Shown piece by piece: positions 62,527-64,000 of a stretch of 64,000 bases of DNA. Source of the DNA: Candidatus Eiseniibacteriota bacterium (GTDB taxonomy: Bacteria; Eisenbacteria; RBG-16-71-46; CAZAMP01); NCBI GenBank assembly GCA_965224245.1, contig OZ245046.1:2784001-2848000 (forward strand). The letters run 5' to 3'. Numbering within the stretch: the first letter of the stretch is position 1; every line of letters begins with the position of its first letter. The position numbers were made by a program, and so were the translations under genes. The notes beneath the pieces were generated by a model. The model did no database searches and was not told the origin of the DNA. It saw only the letters and a list, made by a program, of their open reading frames with translations.

Positions 62527-64000
62527 TTGCGAGCATCCCCCCTCCGTCCCCGCGTGCGCGCCCGTCGCGCGATCGATCGTGTCAGTTTCGTCACCCTGAC
62601 CATCGGCTTCGCATCCTCGCTGGTCATCGGCCGCGCACCGGCACAGCCGCGCGTCGTGCTGCCCGACTGGTACGTCGACGGAGAGTCGTCGGTCTCGGTG
62701 TTCGGCTGGGGCGTGAAGGCCGGCGACACCGACGGAGATCTGATCGACGACGTGATCGTCGGCGCGCCGCTCTTCCAGACCGGATCCGGTGCCCAGAGCG
62801 GCGCCGCCTACGCGTACCTCGGCAGCGTGTTCGGGCCGTCGACGGCCTGGGACTGGCGCGTCGAGGGCACGTTCGACGTCGACGAGCGGCTGGGGCGATC
62901 GGTCGGCGTCGGCGACTTCGACGGGGACGGCTACGCCGACGTCGTCGTGGGAATGCCGCACGCGTTCGCCCAGGACGGATCGGTCGAGGTCTACTACGGG
63001 ACGCCCAGCGGTCCCGAGCTCACGCCGTCGCTGACGTTGCAGAGCCAGCAGGGGGGCTCGTGGTTCGGACGATCGGTGGCCGGCGCCGGCGACGTGAACG
63101 GCGACGGCGCGGACGACCTCCTGGTCGGCGCGGTCCGCTACGACTCCGACTCCACCGACGTCGGCGCGGTCTATCTCTATCTCGGAGACGTCAAGTCCGG
63201 CCTCGGCGCGTTTCCCGACTGGGGCATCATCGGCGTCGACACCGGCGGCGAGCTCGGCTTCAAGGTCGCCAGTGCCGGGGACGTGAACGGCGACACCTAC
63301 GACGACGTCATCGTCACCGCCTGGATGGGCAACGGAGACGGCTCGGGTGCCGCGTACGTGTATCACGGCGGACCCGGCGGACTCTCGTTCACGCCGGACT
63401 GGTCCGCCGCGGGTACCCAGCCGGACGCCAACTTCGGCGTCTCCGCGGGCACGGCCGGCGACGTCAACGGCGACACGTTCGACGACGTCATCGTCGGCGC
63501 CTATCTCTTCGACGGCCCCGCTGGCGTGGACGCCGGCCGGGCCCACATCTACCACGGCTCCCCGTCCGGCCTCTCCCTCATCCCCGACTGGACCGGCGAG
63601 GGCGAGGCCGCCGGCGACCTGTACGGGCGCTGGGTCGCCACCGCCGGCGATACCGACGGTGACGGCTTCGACGACGTGGTCGTGGGCGCGCTGCTCCACG
63701 ACGTCATCTACGCCGGGGCCCCGCCCGACACGCTCTTCGATGCCGGTCGGGCGTACGCGTACGCCGGCTCCCCGAGCGGCGCCGAGCTGGACCCCTTGTG
63801 GATCGCCGACGGCGAGCAGTCGGGCTCGTTCTTCGGGTGCTCGGTCGAGCGCGGCGAACTGAACGACGACGGCTACGACGACGTGATCATCGGCGCGTAC
63901 GGGTACGACGGACCCGGCGGCGCGGACGCGGGGCGCACGTACGCGATCTACGGCGGCCCGCGCCCGGAACCCTCGATCGGCATCGCGCTGGACATGGTGG
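62527..64000 (+). CDS. Secreted FG-GAP (integrin-alpha-like beta-propeller) repeat protein, 3'-truncated by the window edge
   Basis: Frame 1 is open from TTG at 62527 (GAGG RBS, upstream TGA at 62506) to the window end. Signal-like N-terminus and repeated FG..V..AGDVNGD..DD..VGA...G..Y.Y.G units. Not in the ORF track. Confidence 0.88.
   Translation, partial: MRASPLRPRVRARRAIDRVSFVTLTIGFASSLVIGRAPAQPRVVLPDWYVDGESSVSVFGWGVKAGDTDGDLIDDVIVGAPLFQTGSGAQSGAAYAYLGSVFGPSTAWDWRVEGTFDVDERLGRSVGVGDFDGDGYADVVVGMPHAFAQDGSVEVYYGTPSGPELTPSLTLQSQQGGSWFGRSVAGAGDVNGDGADDLLVGAVRYDSDSTDVGAVYLYLGDVKSGLGAFPDWGIIGVDTGGELGFKVASAGDVNGDTYDDVIVTAWMGNGDGSGAAYVYHGGPGGLSFTPDWSAAGTQPDANFGVSAGTAGDVNGDTFDDVIVGAYLFDGPAGVDAGRAHIYHGSPSGLSLIPDWTGEGEAAGDLYGRWVATAGDTDGDGFDDVVVGALLHDVIYAGAPPDTLFDAGRAYAYAGSPSGAELDPLWIADGEQSGSFFGCSVERGELNDDGYDDVIIGAYGYDGPGGADAGRTYAIYGGPRPEPSIGIALDMV

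Overview
GC-rich, gene-dense window from a diderm bacterium. No rRNA, tRNA, CRISPR array or mobile element was recognised. Several secreted proteins end in an FlgD-Ig/T9SS-like C-terminal domain, which together with TonB-receptor/lipoprotein pairs suggests an FCB-superphylum lineage such as Eisenbacteria, Krumholzibacteriota or Latescibacterota (inference only). Main contents: (1) housekeeping and redox genes (ypdA-like, rluA-like, hppD, murB, MATE, purU, xth, sodN); (2) a 1606-aa secreted putative glycosidase with 10 FnIII domains behind a candidate sigma54 promoter; (3) a tryptophan/anthranilate catabolic locus (kynA, an aryl-CoA ligase, an AbmA-type monooxygenase/reductase and beta-oxidation genes). 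This locus has no KynB or KynU but starts with a creatininase-family amidohydrolase, a candidate new kynurenine formamidase; (4) a gene pair encoding cohesin-like and dockerin-like surface proteins; (5) an ABC ATPase plus a permease-M1 peptidase fusion; (6) an envelope glycan-modification neighbourhood; (7) two lipoprotein-TBDR pairs; (8) an S8 protease and a partial FG-GAP protein. All functional calls come from motif reading by eye; no searches were run.
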